64,000 nucleotides of DNA from an uncultured Alphaproteobacteria bacterium (GCA_944392785.1 CALXXW010000004.1:247-64246); one strand, 5' to 3'. Numbered from the stretch's first letter, positions 28,837 to 38,057 are shown. A program made the numbers and translations. Notes: generated from the sequence alone by a model not told the origin.

Positions 28837-30165
28837 ATGGTGGATCAACAAAATCCGACGCAGACACGTCCGCAGACGCATGCGGAAATGGTTGCTCAAG
28901 CCAGCCAGTCAGGAACAGTTGTTATTGACGGGATGCGCTATGCTGTCGGTTTAATGTGGTTGCCACTTCAGAATCTGGATGATCCGATTCCCGAGATTCG
29001 TGAAACGATGGATAGTGAACCCGGTGCAGACTACTACTGTTTGCGCACGGGGGCAGCGCCGCAGTATGGTATTGCTAAAAGTTCGATGGGGCATATGGAA
29101 AATGAACCCTCATTGGCGGCGGCTGTTGCTTCAGCTTTGTCCGATAAAACTTCGGTTTGTGCCGTTTTTAAGGTAGATGAAGGATATTGGTTTGTCGCCA
29201 TTCGAAATGACTTAATCCTATCTGAAGAGGACATCCTTTTCCATACGGAAGAAGAAGCAAAACGTGCCTTTTTTTCCATGATGGCCGTGCCGGATTGGGG
29301 CATAAAAATTGTTCCGGCTTCATGGCATATTGAAGGAACAGAAGAGCGGGATTTGGCCGCGTTGATAAAAAATAGCCGTAAAGTTCGTTTGGTCGAATTA
29401 AGCACGGCGAAAAAAACGCAAATTTTGCTTTTCGTTTCTCTGGTTATTTTGGCTCTGTTGGGCGGTGCGGTCTATTTAATCTATTCGTTGATCAAGGTTG
29501 CGTGGACACCCGAAACTATACCGGTTATGCCGACCCCGGAAGTTGTTAAACCTGTTGAGCCGGTTATTCCCAAAGCAAAGCCGTGGGAAAAGGTGGTTCA
29601 AGTGGATGCTTTGTTGAGTCGTTGTTGGAATAATACATATCAATTAACATCGGTCTTTATTCCTTGGTGGAAAATGGGGACGGTTGTCTGTACTCCATCG
29701 GGTATCCAAACGACATGGACTCGTACGGGGGATCCGGGTAAGCGATTGGCATGGTTAAAATATGCCATCAAAGATTATCAATTTAACCGATTGGAAATCA
29801 AGCCGATTTCAACAACGCAAGCCGAAGGAAAATTACCGTTTGCCGATATGCCGATGATTTCAACGGCTCCGACCCTGACCGTTGAGCAGTTGCAGGAAGA
29901 GTTGCATGAAATTACGGATGCGACAGGAATGCCTATTGCTTTTTCGGAGCAAACGGTTTTGGATCCGCCTAATAATGCAGATGGATCGGCGCCTCCGAAT
30001 CAACAAGTATATCACTTTTTTTCCTTTACCATTAATTCGGAATATACGCCATGGGAATGGAAGACGTTTTTTGATAAATTTACGGGATTGGAATTGTTAA
30101 AGCTGGAATATGCACCGGGTAATCAAAATAAGTGGAAGTATGAGGGGAGAATCTATGCCAAATAA
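28837..30165 (+). CDS. Bitopic inner-membrane assembly protein (cytoplasmic N-domain, one TM, periplasmic C-domain); BfpC/PilO-like by architecture
   Basis: 442 aa with a single TM helix near the middle (ILLFVSLVILALLGGAVYLIYSL). Its position and size correspond to pilO of R64 or bfpC. No sequence-level family call is possible by eye. Confidence 0.4.
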   Translation: MVDQQNPTQTRPQTHAEMVAQASQSGTVVIDGMRYAVGLMWLPLQNLDDPIPEIRETMDSEPGADYYCLRTGAAPQYGIAKSSMGHMENEPSLAAAVASALSDKTSVCAVFKVDEGYWFVAIRNDLILSEEDILFHTEEEAKRAFFSMMAVPDWGIKIVPASWHIEGTEERDLAALIKNSRKVRLVELSTAKKTQILLFVSLVILALLGGAVYLIYSLIKVAWTPETIPVMPTPEVVKPVEPVIPKAKPWEKVVQVDALLSRCWNNTYQLTSVFIPWWKMGTVVCTPSGIQTTWTRTGDPGKRLAWLKYAIKDYQFNRLEIKPISTTQAEGKLPFADMPMISTAPTLTVEQLQEELHEITDATGMPIAFSEQTVLDPPNNADGSAPPNQQVYHFFSFTINSEYTPWEWKTFFDKFTGLELLKLEYAPGNQNKWKYEGRIYAK

Positions 30166-31057
30166 AACATTGACTTTTGTGATGAGCCTAGTAATAGGTA
30201 GTTTATTTCTGAGCGCAGGTGTGAAAGCTCAAACGGCAGAACCCGCACCCAGCTCGGAGTCTGTGGATGTTCAGGCAGCTGAAGCGGCGGCTAAAGAGGC
30301 GTTGAATAATGAATTGGCGACACCGACACTCACCGATAAAACAGCGGTTGATTTTCCTAATCGTCAGAATTTAGGAACTCAGGAATTGGCCGTTTTACCG
30401 GGTATTAATGAAACCGATATGACCGGTCCATCTCCGATGGCTATTTCGGTCTCAAAAAAAGATTTGCCCAGTGAACAATTGATTGGGAAAATTACACCGG
30501 AAGTGTTTCAAGAAATGGCCGATATTGAACGAGCCAGTACATTTTTGCGCTTGCAAAAACAAAAAGAGGAATTGAAAAATGATCTCGAACGTACCAGAGC
30601 CATGTATCGTCAGTCGCGTCTGGAAGAAATCGCTAAACGCGAAGAAGTGGTTAAAGAGCGTATTAAATGGTGGCAAGAACAAGAAGAACTTCGAGAAGAG
30701 TTACGTCAGAAAAAGGCCGAAACAGAAAATATAGAACAACGGATTGAGGAAGAAAAAGCCCTTCGTGAAGAGCTACGAAAAAAGGCTTTGCAACGTCGTG
30801 AAACGGCCGAGACCAAGGGGACAACGGAGGAAGTGACGGAAGAAGTCGGATTTGTCCCAACAACATATGTTTTAATGGGGGTTCGCGGGATGAGTGATAC
30901 GTTGATGGCGCAATTGCAGGATGCTGATACACAGGCCGTCATTACCGTTAAGAAAAATGATGTTTTACCCTCAGGGTATGTCGTTTCTGAAATTACGAAA
31001 GACTATGTGATTATCTCTTACGGAGATTTACAAACGCGCGTTGGATTTAATCAGTAA
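30155..31057 (+). CDS. Periplasmic or membrane-anchored coiled-coil protein of the cluster
   Basis: Start at the Met behind the strong RBS GAGGGGAG. Signal/anchor KTLTFVMSLVIGSLFLSAGVKA. There is a long charged coiled coil (EELKNDLERTRAMYRQSRLEEIAKREEVVKERIKWWQEQEELREELRQKKAETENIEQRIEEEKALREELRKK). Confidence 0.4.
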   Translation: MPNKTLTFVMSLVIGSLFLSAGVKAQTAEPAPSSESVDVQAAEAAAKEALNNELATPTLTDKTAVDFPNRQNLGTQELAVLPGINETDMTGPSPMAISVSKKDLPSEQLIGKITPEVFQEMADIERASTFLRLQKQKEELKNDLERTRAMYRQSRLEEIAKREEVVKERIKWWQEQEELREELRQKKAETENIEQRIEEEKALREELRKKALQRRETAETKGTTEEVTEEVGFVPTTYVLMGVRGMSDTLMAQLQDADTQAVITVKKNDVLPSGYVVSEITKDYVIISYGDLQTRVGFNQ

Positions 31058-31091
31058 AGAGGGGGGATAGGTTTGTTATCCTTGGGAGCTT

Positions 31092-33401
31092 ATGTTGTGG
31101 GATGATGAAGAGGCAAAAAAGGCTGCCGCCAGTTTATCAGGCGAGGTATCAAAAAAGCCCGATAAAAAATCGGATGCGATAGAGGCATCGGATATTCCGA
31201 CAGCCGAACGCTTGCCGCAAGAGATGCCTTCGTTTTTAAAAGCATCGGAAACATCTTCTCAAGAGCCGCTTTCTTCTTTTGTCCCACCACCTCAAATTCC
31301 GCATGTATCAGAACATATCGCAGAAACGAATCATAAGGAAAACGAGCCTTTGACCGAGCCGTCATCTTCTGCATTGCAGATATCAGATATAGCCCAACAA
31401 AAGCCAGAGAGCTCTCAACCGATTGGGCCTATGCCGAGGGTAGCTGAACCGAATAAAGAACAGGATCAGCCCTTGTCTTCTGTGGCTGAATCCCCTGAGG
31501 TGATACCAGCCGATCCGGGCGAAGACGTGCCGGCCGTGGTGGCGCCGTCGGATGCTTCCCTTAAGCCCGAACAGAAAGATACTGCTATTTCTTTGTCGGA
31601 TCAGGCCAGATTGGGAACGACACAAGCTCCGATGAATCCCTCATCAGATAAGTCGATTTTGGCTGACAAAGAGACATTGCTTGATGCGATAAAAGCGGAA
31701 AAAACAAAGGAAGAGAGTGAGTCATCGTCCAATGGAAAGATGTCTTTTGGACACCCGGCTGATGATATTATTGTCTCGGATGTGCAAGCAGCTGCCGCGG
31801 CTGAACAGACAAAGACAGATTATACTTCAAATACTTTTTTAAAAGAGCTATTCGCAGATGGGAATGAATGTGTGACGGCTATTAACGGTTCGTTCCCTAT
31901 CAAGGAAGATACCCGTTCTTTATTGGCGTTATTTTCCAATGGCCGTTTTTTTGTCTCCGAATCGGCTAAATTTGACGGTAAGGTGTTAGGTTTTCAATAC
32001 CAGGCAAAAAAACGCCGCTTACAAATCGGGAAGCCGGAGTATGTTCCGACAATTATTTTAAATGACATCTATGAGTATGCTCTTCAGGTAAAGGCGGCTA
32101 GTACCAAAGTTGATATATCGGATGCACAGGAACAGGCTCGGATGCAGCGTGATTTTGTGACAATTGTCACACGTGCTGCGGCTAATCATGTGTCAGATAT
32201 CCATATCGTTGTCGCCGACCACTCAACAGTTATGTTTCGCATTAACGGATTGATGCAAACGGAAATGGAATATACTAAAGAGTGGGGTGAAAGTTTCGTG
32301 CGCGCGGCTTTTGCCTCATCAGATATTTCTGATTCGAACTATGCTCAGAATGAATACCAGGCGGCTCAAAAACTTGGTCGGACACCGCTCAGAGGCTCTA
32401 ACGGACGTCTGTTATTGCCCAGGAACGTGTTGGGTATCCGATTGCAATTTAACCCTATTGCTTTTGGAACACGCTATGTCGTTATGCGTCTTCTGTATGC
32501 GGAAGACGATGCCACTTCAGCCAGTGATTTAGAAGTCCTAGGATTTACAAAAAGAGAAACGGGACTGTTTTATCAATTACGTTCGGAACCAACCGGTATT
32601 GTGATTGTTTCGGGGCCAACGGGATCTGGAAAGTCAACGACTTTGCAGCGTAATATGATTGCCATGTTGCAAGAGCATAATTATGAAATTAACTTGATTA
32701 CGGTGGAAGATCCGCCGGAATATCCTATTCCCGGAGCGCGTCAAATGCCGGTGACTAATGCTACGTTGGAGGAGGAAAAAGATAGAGAGTTCAATAAAGC
32801 CTTGGCGGCAGCTTTACGGTCGGATCCCGATTCATTGATGATCGGTGAAATTCGAACCTTATCTGCAGCTGACTTGGCTTTTCGGGGAGCATTGTCGGGA
32901 CATAATGTTTGGACAACCTTGCATGCCAATAGTGCGGCGGCGGTGATTATGCGTCTGAAAGATATGGGGGTTGAGGATTTTAAATTGCAGGATCCCAGTA
33001 TTATGAGAGGGATGTTAGCACAACGTTTGTTTCGAAAACTTTGTCCGCATTGTCGGATTAAAGCGGCTACGAATCCGACTCATCCCGCCGTGCAGCGATT
33101 GGAGCGAGCTTTGGGGGATGTCGCATTGGATTTGGCGTATTTGCGAGGCCCGGGCTGTAAAGAATGTGATTTTCGAGGAGTCAGCGGTCGTACCGTGGTT
33201 TCTGAATTTATTCTGCCGGATGCCACCTTTTTGGATTTGATGGTTAAGGGAGAAGTCAATAAGGCCATGAGCTATTGGTTAAATGATTTGAATGGTCAAA
33301 CATTACGTGAGGCGGCTATTTCTCGTATGTTGAACGGGATTATTGATATTGAAGAGGTTGAACACTGGACCGGTTTCTTGGATCAACAGCTTTTGATATA
33401 A
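31092..33401 (+). CDS. GspE/PilB-family secretion ATPase (type II / type IV pilus assembly ATPase) with ~330-aa disordered N-terminal extension
   Basis: Walker A VSGPTGSGKSTT. Asp box and Walker B motifs. His box TTLHAN. A C-terminal tetracysteine zinc motif CPHCR...CKEC. The N-terminal third is Ser/Pro/Glu/Ala-rich low complexity. Confidence 0.8.
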   Translation: MLWDDEEAKKAAASLSGEVSKKPDKKSDAIEASDIPTAERLPQEMPSFLKASETSSQEPLSSFVPPPQIPHVSEHIAETNHKENEPLTEPSSSALQISDIAQQKPESSQPIGPMPRVAEPNKEQDQPLSSVAESPEVIPADPGEDVPAVVAPSDASLKPEQKDTAISLSDQARLGTTQAPMNPSSDKSILADKETLLDAIKAEKTKEESESSSNGKMSFGHPADDIIVSDVQAAAAAEQTKTDYTSNTFLKELFADGNECVTAINGSFPIKEDTRSLLALFSNGRFFVSESAKFDGKVLGFQYQAKKRRLQIGKPEYVPTIILNDIYEYALQVKAASTKVDISDAQEQARMQRDFVTIVTRAAANHVSDIHIVVADHSTVMFRINGLMQTEMEYTKEWGESFVRAAFASSDISDSNYAQNEYQAAQKLGRTPLRGSNGRLLLPRNVLGIRLQFNPIAFGTRYVVMRLLYAEDDATSASDLEVLGFTKRETGLFYQLRSEPTGIVIVSGPTGSGKSTTLQRNMIAMLQEHNYEINLITVEDPPEYPIPGARQMPVTNATLEEEKDREFNKALAAALRSDPDSLMIGEIRTLSAADLAFRGALSGHNVWTTLHANSAAAVIMRLKDMGVEDFKLQDPSIMRGMLAQRLFRKLCPHCRIKAATNPTHPAVQRLERALGDVALDLAYLRGPGCKECDFRGVSGRTVVSEFILPDATFLDLMVKGEVNKAMSYWLNDLNGQTLREAAISRMLNGIIDIEEVEHWTGFLDQQLLI

Positions 33402-33425
33402 AGGTATTGGAAAAAGGAGTACAGC

Positions 33426-34571
33426 ATGGATAGTATCCCGCAGACAAAAATTCCTCAAAAACGTAAAAGCAGTATCGGAGAAAGTGCCGGTCAGATCGGT
33501 TCACGCTTGAATTATTGGTATGCCAGATTGATGGTCCGGTCGATCACTTCTGATAGATTGGCGGTTTATCGTAAACTATCCGCATTATTGCGCAATCGAT
33601 TTTCATTGATGGATGCCTTGGATCGTCTGCATCAAATTGCTTCAAAAGATGGGAAAAATCCGGATGATACTATGGCTATTGCTATTCATGAATGGGTTAA
33701 GTCGATTCAAAACGGTGAATCTTTCTCGGTAGCGTTAAGAGGGTGGGCGCCGCCAACAGAGCTTTTAATGCTTTCGGTCGGTGATATTGCGAATTTAGAG
33801 TTGGCCTTGGATAATACCGTTAACGTCGTTGAGGGAATGAATAAAATGAAAGGACCCGTTGTAAATGCCATTGCCTATCCCTCTTTCTTGATTTGTATGG
33901 TTTTATTTTTAATTTACGGCGTTGGTCGTTGGATGGTTCCTCCGATGGTTGATGCTGTTCCCGGTATGGTTTGGACGGGATTGGCAAAGTCTTTGGTTGA
34001 CTTGTCGTATTTTGTGGCGGATTATACGATTTTATTCTTTGCGGCACTGCCGGTCCTTTTTTTGATTGTTCTCTTTTCGTTTCCCCGCTGGCGAGGAAGA
34101 TCAAGGACTATGGTTGAAAATGTTCCGCCATGGTCTATTTACCGGATTTTTATTGGTGTCGGTTGGTTGTTATCTTTGGCCGCTTTGGTGAAGGCGGGAA
34201 CACCGGTTTCTAAGGCTATGCGCTCTTTGCGAGCCGATGCTTCGCCGTATTTGCTGTATCGAATCGACAGAACGCTTATTTACATCAATAACGGTGACAA
34301 CTTGGGTGATGCTTTATATCGAACCGGACTTAAATTTCCGGATGAGGAAGTCGTGGGCGATTTGCGAATTTACGCGGAGTTGGATAACTTTCAAGATGCT
34401 TTGGAAAGTTTGGCTCAGGATTGGCTCAAGAACTCGATTCGTGATATTGAGCAAAAGGCGGCTATCTTAAACGGGGTTGCCATTCTGTTGATTGCGGCTG
34501 TGGTGGCTTGGGTTGTTATGGGAACGTTTGCCATGCAAGAACAAATGGTCTCTGGGATGGGTGTCGCGTAA
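33426..34571 (+). CDS. GspF/PilC-family inner-membrane platform protein
   Basis: 381 aa with two repeats of a cytoplasmic helical domain followed by TM helices. It sits immediately downstream of the ATPase. RBS AAGGAG. Confidence 0.65.
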   Translation: MDSIPQTKIPQKRKSSIGESAGQIGSRLNYWYARLMVRSITSDRLAVYRKLSALLRNRFSLMDALDRLHQIASKDGKNPDDTMAIAIHEWVKSIQNGESFSVALRGWAPPTELLMLSVGDIANLELALDNTVNVVEGMNKMKGPVVNAIAYPSFLICMVLFLIYGVGRWMVPPMVDAVPGMVWTGLAKSLVDLSYFVADYTILFFAALPVLFLIVLFSFPRWRGRSRTMVENVPPWSIYRIFIGVGWLLSLAALVKAGTPVSKAMRSLRADASPYLLYRIDRTLIYINNGDNLGDALYRTGLKFPDEEVVGDLRIYAELDNFQDALESLAQDWLKNSIRDIEQKAAILNGVAILLIAAVVAWVVMGTFAMQEQMVSGMGVA

Positions 34572-34709
34572 AAGTATTTTTTATAACGCTCAGAAGAAAT
34601 TATTCCCTTGCGGTGTTTTTTTCTAGGTGTAAGAATGCTTTTTTTGTTGATTTTTTATGCCATTCTGATACAATGCATACCAGATGAATTTTAAATAAAG
34701 AGGAAAAAT

Positions 34710-35270
34710 ATGGAGTATGCACAAGTAAAACAAGACATGCAAGCACATCTGTTGAAGACAGAAGCGGCTTTAAAAAAAGAATTTGCTGGTTTGCGAACCG
34801 GTCGTGCGACAACCGCATTGCTGGATGGTATTATGGTGGAAGCTTATGGGGCCGTTTCTCCGTTAAATCAAATCGGAAGTGTCTCTGTCCCGGAGGCTCG
34901 GATGTTATCCGTACAAGTGTGGGATAAGTCGCTGTTGAAAGCGGTTGAAAAAGCCATTATGGAATCAGGCCTGGGACTGAACCCCATGAACGATGGTCAA
35001 ATGATTCGCATCCCTATCCCCCCCTTGTCCGAAGAGAGACGTATTGAACTGACTAAAATTGCCGGTAGATATACGGAAACAGCTCGTGTCTCGGCCAGAA
35101 ATGTGCGTCGGGAAGCTTTGGATGCCGTGAAAAAAATGAAGGCGGATAATGTGATCTCTGAAGATGATCAAAAACGCTATGAAACCGAAATCCAGGGCAT
35201 GACCGATAAAACGATAAAAGTTTTAGACGATATGTTAAAAGCTAAAGAAATAGAAATCAAACAAGTATAG
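34710..35270 (+). CDS. frr: Ribosome recycling factor
   Basis: 186 aa. [47 protein letters not shown]... is the canonical RRF sequence. Confidence 0.9.
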   Translation: MEYAQVKQDMQAHLLKTEAALKKEFAGLRTGRATTALLDGIMVEAYGAVSPLNQIGSVSVPEARMLSVQVWDKSLLKAVEKAIMESGLGLNPMNDGQMIRIPIPPLSEERRIELTKIAGRYTETARVSARNVRREALDAVKKMKADNVISEDDQKRYETEIQGMTDKTIKVLDDMLKAKEIEIKQV

Positions 35271-35271
35271 T

Positions 35272-35985
35272 ATGACAAACGAAGAACAAAATATCCCAAC
35301 CCATATCGCTTTTATTATGGATGGCAATGGGCGGTGGGCACAGGCACGTGGCTTATCACGAACAGAGGGGCATAAACGAGGGGCAGAAGTCGTGCGAACG
35401 GTGCTTGAGCGTGCGCGGGAAGTCGGTGTTAAGGTTGTGACTTTATTTGCTTTTTCTTCTGAAAACTGGAAACGCCCCAAAGAAGAGGTTGATATATTAA
35501 TTTCTTTGTTCCGTCAGTATTTGTCGCGGGATATTGAGGAGTTGAAAAAACAAAAGGTTCGTATTACTTTTATCGGTGATCGTGAAAAATTCCCATCAGA
35601 TATGGTCAAACGTATGAATGATGTTGAACGAGAAACGTCTTCTTTTAACGATTTTCGAGTAGTCTTGGCGCTCAGCTATGGTGCGCGAGACGATTTAATC
35701 GCGGCCATGAAAAAAATAGCTATTGATATTTTAGATCGCAAATATCTGATTTCTAACATTGATGAGGCCAGAGTGTGCGAGGCCTTGTCTACTCATGGTA
35801 TCCCTTATCCGGACTTGGTCATTCGTACCAGTGGAGAGCAAAGAGTCAGTAATTTTTTGCTATGGGAGTTGGCCTATGCCGAACTTTATTTCACCCCCAT
35901 TTATTGGCCGGATTTTAACGAACATGATTTGGATGAGGCGATAGAAGCTTATGGTCGTCGGGATCGGCGATTTGGTCAGGTATAA
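35272..35985 (+). CDS. uppS: Undecaprenyl diphosphate synthase (cis-isoprenyl transferase)
   Basis: HIAFIMDGNGRWA, FAFSSENWKRP and RTSGEQRVSNFLLWELAYAELYF motifs. This is the conserved frr-uppS neighbourhood. Confidence 0.9.
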   Translation: MTNEEQNIPTHIAFIMDGNGRWAQARGLSRTEGHKRGAEVVRTVLERAREVGVKVVTLFAFSSENWKRPKEEVDILISLFRQYLSRDIEELKKQKVRITFIGDREKFPSDMVKRMNDVERETSSFNDFRVVLALSYGARDDLIAAMKKIAIDILDRKYLISNIDEARVCEALSTHGIPYPDLVIRTSGEQRVSNFLLWELAYAELYFTPIYWPDFNEHDLDEAIEAYGRRDRRFGQV

Positions 35986-35987
35986 AT

Positions 35988-36920
35988 ATGCTTAGAAAAT
36001 GTTATCGGTTGATTATCAAAGGCTTGACAGGAATTTGTATGCCCAGAAACAGACGAGCGTATGTTCGTCACCTGTTGCTGGACGGCGGTATTTTGAAAGT
36101 CGTGAAGGTGTGGTACCAAATGCATCATCAGCCAACGACGTTTCCTTATACGCTTTCGTTAACGATGTGCGTCAAGGATGAGGGGCGTTATTTAAAGGAG
36201 TGGATTGAATATTATTTGCTTCAAGGGGTAGAGCATTTTTATCTTTATAATAATAACGGTACAGATAACTCTCAAGATATATTGGCTCCTTATATTCAGT
36301 CCGGTCTGGTCACTTGGCATGAATATCCGGGCTATAAAAAACAAAAAGAGATTTATAATCACGCCATTGATACCTATAAAAATGAAACAAAGTGGATGGG
36401 GTTTGTTGATGCGGATGAATTTATTGTTCCGATGCAGGATCCGGATTTAAAAACAGCTCTTCTTCGGTATCAAGGAGCGTCTCAGGTTTTGGTTCGTTGG
36501 ATATTATTCGGAAGTTCCGGTCATAAAACCTACACCGATGGGTTGGTGATTGAGCGCTTTAAGTATCGTTCGGCAGGGGTATCAGAAACACCGAAATGTT
36601 TGTTGAATCCACGCTCGGTTGTTTATATGGTCGTTCACTCAGCGGTTGTTTTGGGGAAAACAGTCAATGAACAGGGAATGCCTGTTCCTGATACGCATAC
36701 GGGCCCAATAACGGCAGATATTTTGCGTTGTCATCACTATGTTGTCAAGTCGCTTGAAGAGTATTTACGCAAAAAGAATCGCTGGAAGGTCGAACAAGAA
36801 CAACAAGGACAACAAGTTTATCATGTTGTAGACGATACTTATTTTACACAACACGATCAAAATGACGTGAAAGACGATACCATGGATCGTTTCGTTCCGT
36901 TGTTGCGAGAGCGCGTATGA
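35988..36920 (+). CDS. Glycosyltransferase family 92-like (formerly DUF23) protein
   Basis: Recalled resemblance to the GT92 domain: VKDEGRYLKEWIEYYLLQGVEHFYLYNNN.TDNS, then a downstream DADEF motif. Start uncertain. Confidence 0.4.
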   Translation: MLRKCYRLIIKGLTGICMPRNRRAYVRHLLLDGGILKVVKVWYQMHHQPTTFPYTLSLTMCVKDEGRYLKEWIEYYLLQGVEHFYLYNNNGTDNSQDILAPYIQSGLVTWHEYPGYKKQKEIYNHAIDTYKNETKWMGFVDADEFIVPMQDPDLKTALLRYQGASQVLVRWILFGSSGHKTYTDGLVIERFKYRSAGVSETPKCLLNPRSVVYMVVHSAVVLGKTVNEQGMPVPDTHTGPITADILRCHHYVVKSLEEYLRKKNRWKVEQEQQGQQVYHVVDDTYFTQHDQNDVKDDTMDRFVPLLRERV

Positions 36921-37093
36921 CTTTAAAATGTTGTGCGTTCACAAATGCGTGTGACACCATTTAAAGTGGACAAGAAGACACTTTCTCCTTTTTGTAAGTT
37001 AAGCTCATTTGTCTGAACAACGCTTATCAATGCGCCGTTTTCTTAATGAATAAGAAATTCGTATGCCGTATCTTTTGTTAAAGCTTCTTCCGT

Positions 37094-37376
37094 CTATCCG
37101 CCAATGATACCGCCGACAACGGCACCACCGATACCTCCGATAATGTTGACAGCCGTATTCCCGCCGATCATTGAACCGGCAGTGACTCCGGCCTCCATGA
37201 GAGTGCCGACACCTTCCATTCCGGCGTTTTGAATAGGGGTAATACTGATGATTTTACCTATTTCAACAGGGGCCCGCTTTCCGATTTCTGTGCGTTCATG
37301 AGTGGTGTTTGTATTACCGATACCACCTCCGGCCGAGAGCCGCTCTCATGAAATAAATGACAGCATTTTTTTTCAT
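37094..37376 (-). pseudogene. Glycine-zipper small outer-membrane/surface-antigen-like gene (17-kDa antigen/SlyB-like Gly-zipper) interrupted by an in-frame TGA after codon 9
   Basis: Minus-strand reading gives MKKMLSFIS*ERLSAGGGIGNTNTTHERTEIGKRAPVEIGKIISITPIQNAGMEGVGTLMEAGVTAGSMIGGNTAVNIIGGIGGAVVGGIIGG*. The Gly-zipper repeats GxxxGxxxG are typical of this family. There is no intact signal peptide. Confidence 0.4.
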
Positions 37377-37451
37377 TGCTTTTCTTTTTCAAACAAGTTA
37401 ATATGCAGTAAGTATGATAAAATATTTTGATCGGCAACTTAAAGGAATTAT

Positions 37452-38051
37452 ATGAAAAAATTATGGAATAAAATGATGCGTGGTTTATACGATTGGTCCA
37501 TGCAGATGATGTCAGGTTCCCACGCTTTATGGATTTTATGCGGGATTGCTTTTGTTGAAAGTTCTTTTTTCCCGATTCCACCGGATATTTTATTGATTCC
37601 GCTTGTTTTGGCTCAACGTAAAAAAGCCTTTTATATAGCGGCAGCTTGCACAGCTTCCAGTGTGTTAGGCGGTTGTTTTGGATACGCTATCGGTTGGTTT
37701 TTATATGATGCTGTTGCTGTTCCTGTGCTTGATTTTTATCATTATACCGCTCAATTTCAGGAATTCACCTCTTACTATAATGATTATGGCCCTTGGATCG
37801 TGTTGTTTGCTGGGATAACACCGTTCCCCTATAAAATTGTCACGATTGCCAGTGGTGTAGCTCATATGGATTTTGTTCTGTTTACACTTTTTTCCATCAT
37901 AGCTCGTGGTTTTCGGTTTTTCCTGGTCGCTTGGCTGTTGTGGAAATGGGGGGCCCCTATGAAAATCTGGATTGAAAAGAATTTAGGATGGCTTTCCGTT
38001 GTGTGCTTTTTATTGCTGATCGGCGGTTTTTTCTTGTTGAAGTGGATATAA
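37452..38051 (+). CDS. YqaA/DedA-family (SNARE-associated/TVP38-like) membrane protein
   Basis: 199 aa polytopic membrane protein with the DedA-type motif FVESSFFPIPPDILLIPL. Confidence 0.55.
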   Translation: MKKLWNKMMRGLYDWSMQMMSGSHALWILCGIAFVESSFFPIPPDILLIPLVLAQRKKAFYIAAACTASSVLGGCFGYAIGWFLYDAVAVPVLDFYHYTAQFQEFTSYYNDYGPWIVLFAGITPFPYKIVTIASGVAHMDFVLFTLFSIIARGFRFFLVAWLLWKWGAPMKIWIEKNLGWLSVVCFLLLIGGFFLLKWI

Positions 38052-38057
38052 AAGGTT

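Noticed and set aside
37258-37581. 107-aa minus-strand ORF overlapping the glycine-zipper locus and the start of the YqaA-like gene
   Set aside because: It is in a different frame from the glycine-zipper reading, overlaps a well-supported plus-strand gene, and its translation is low-complexity.
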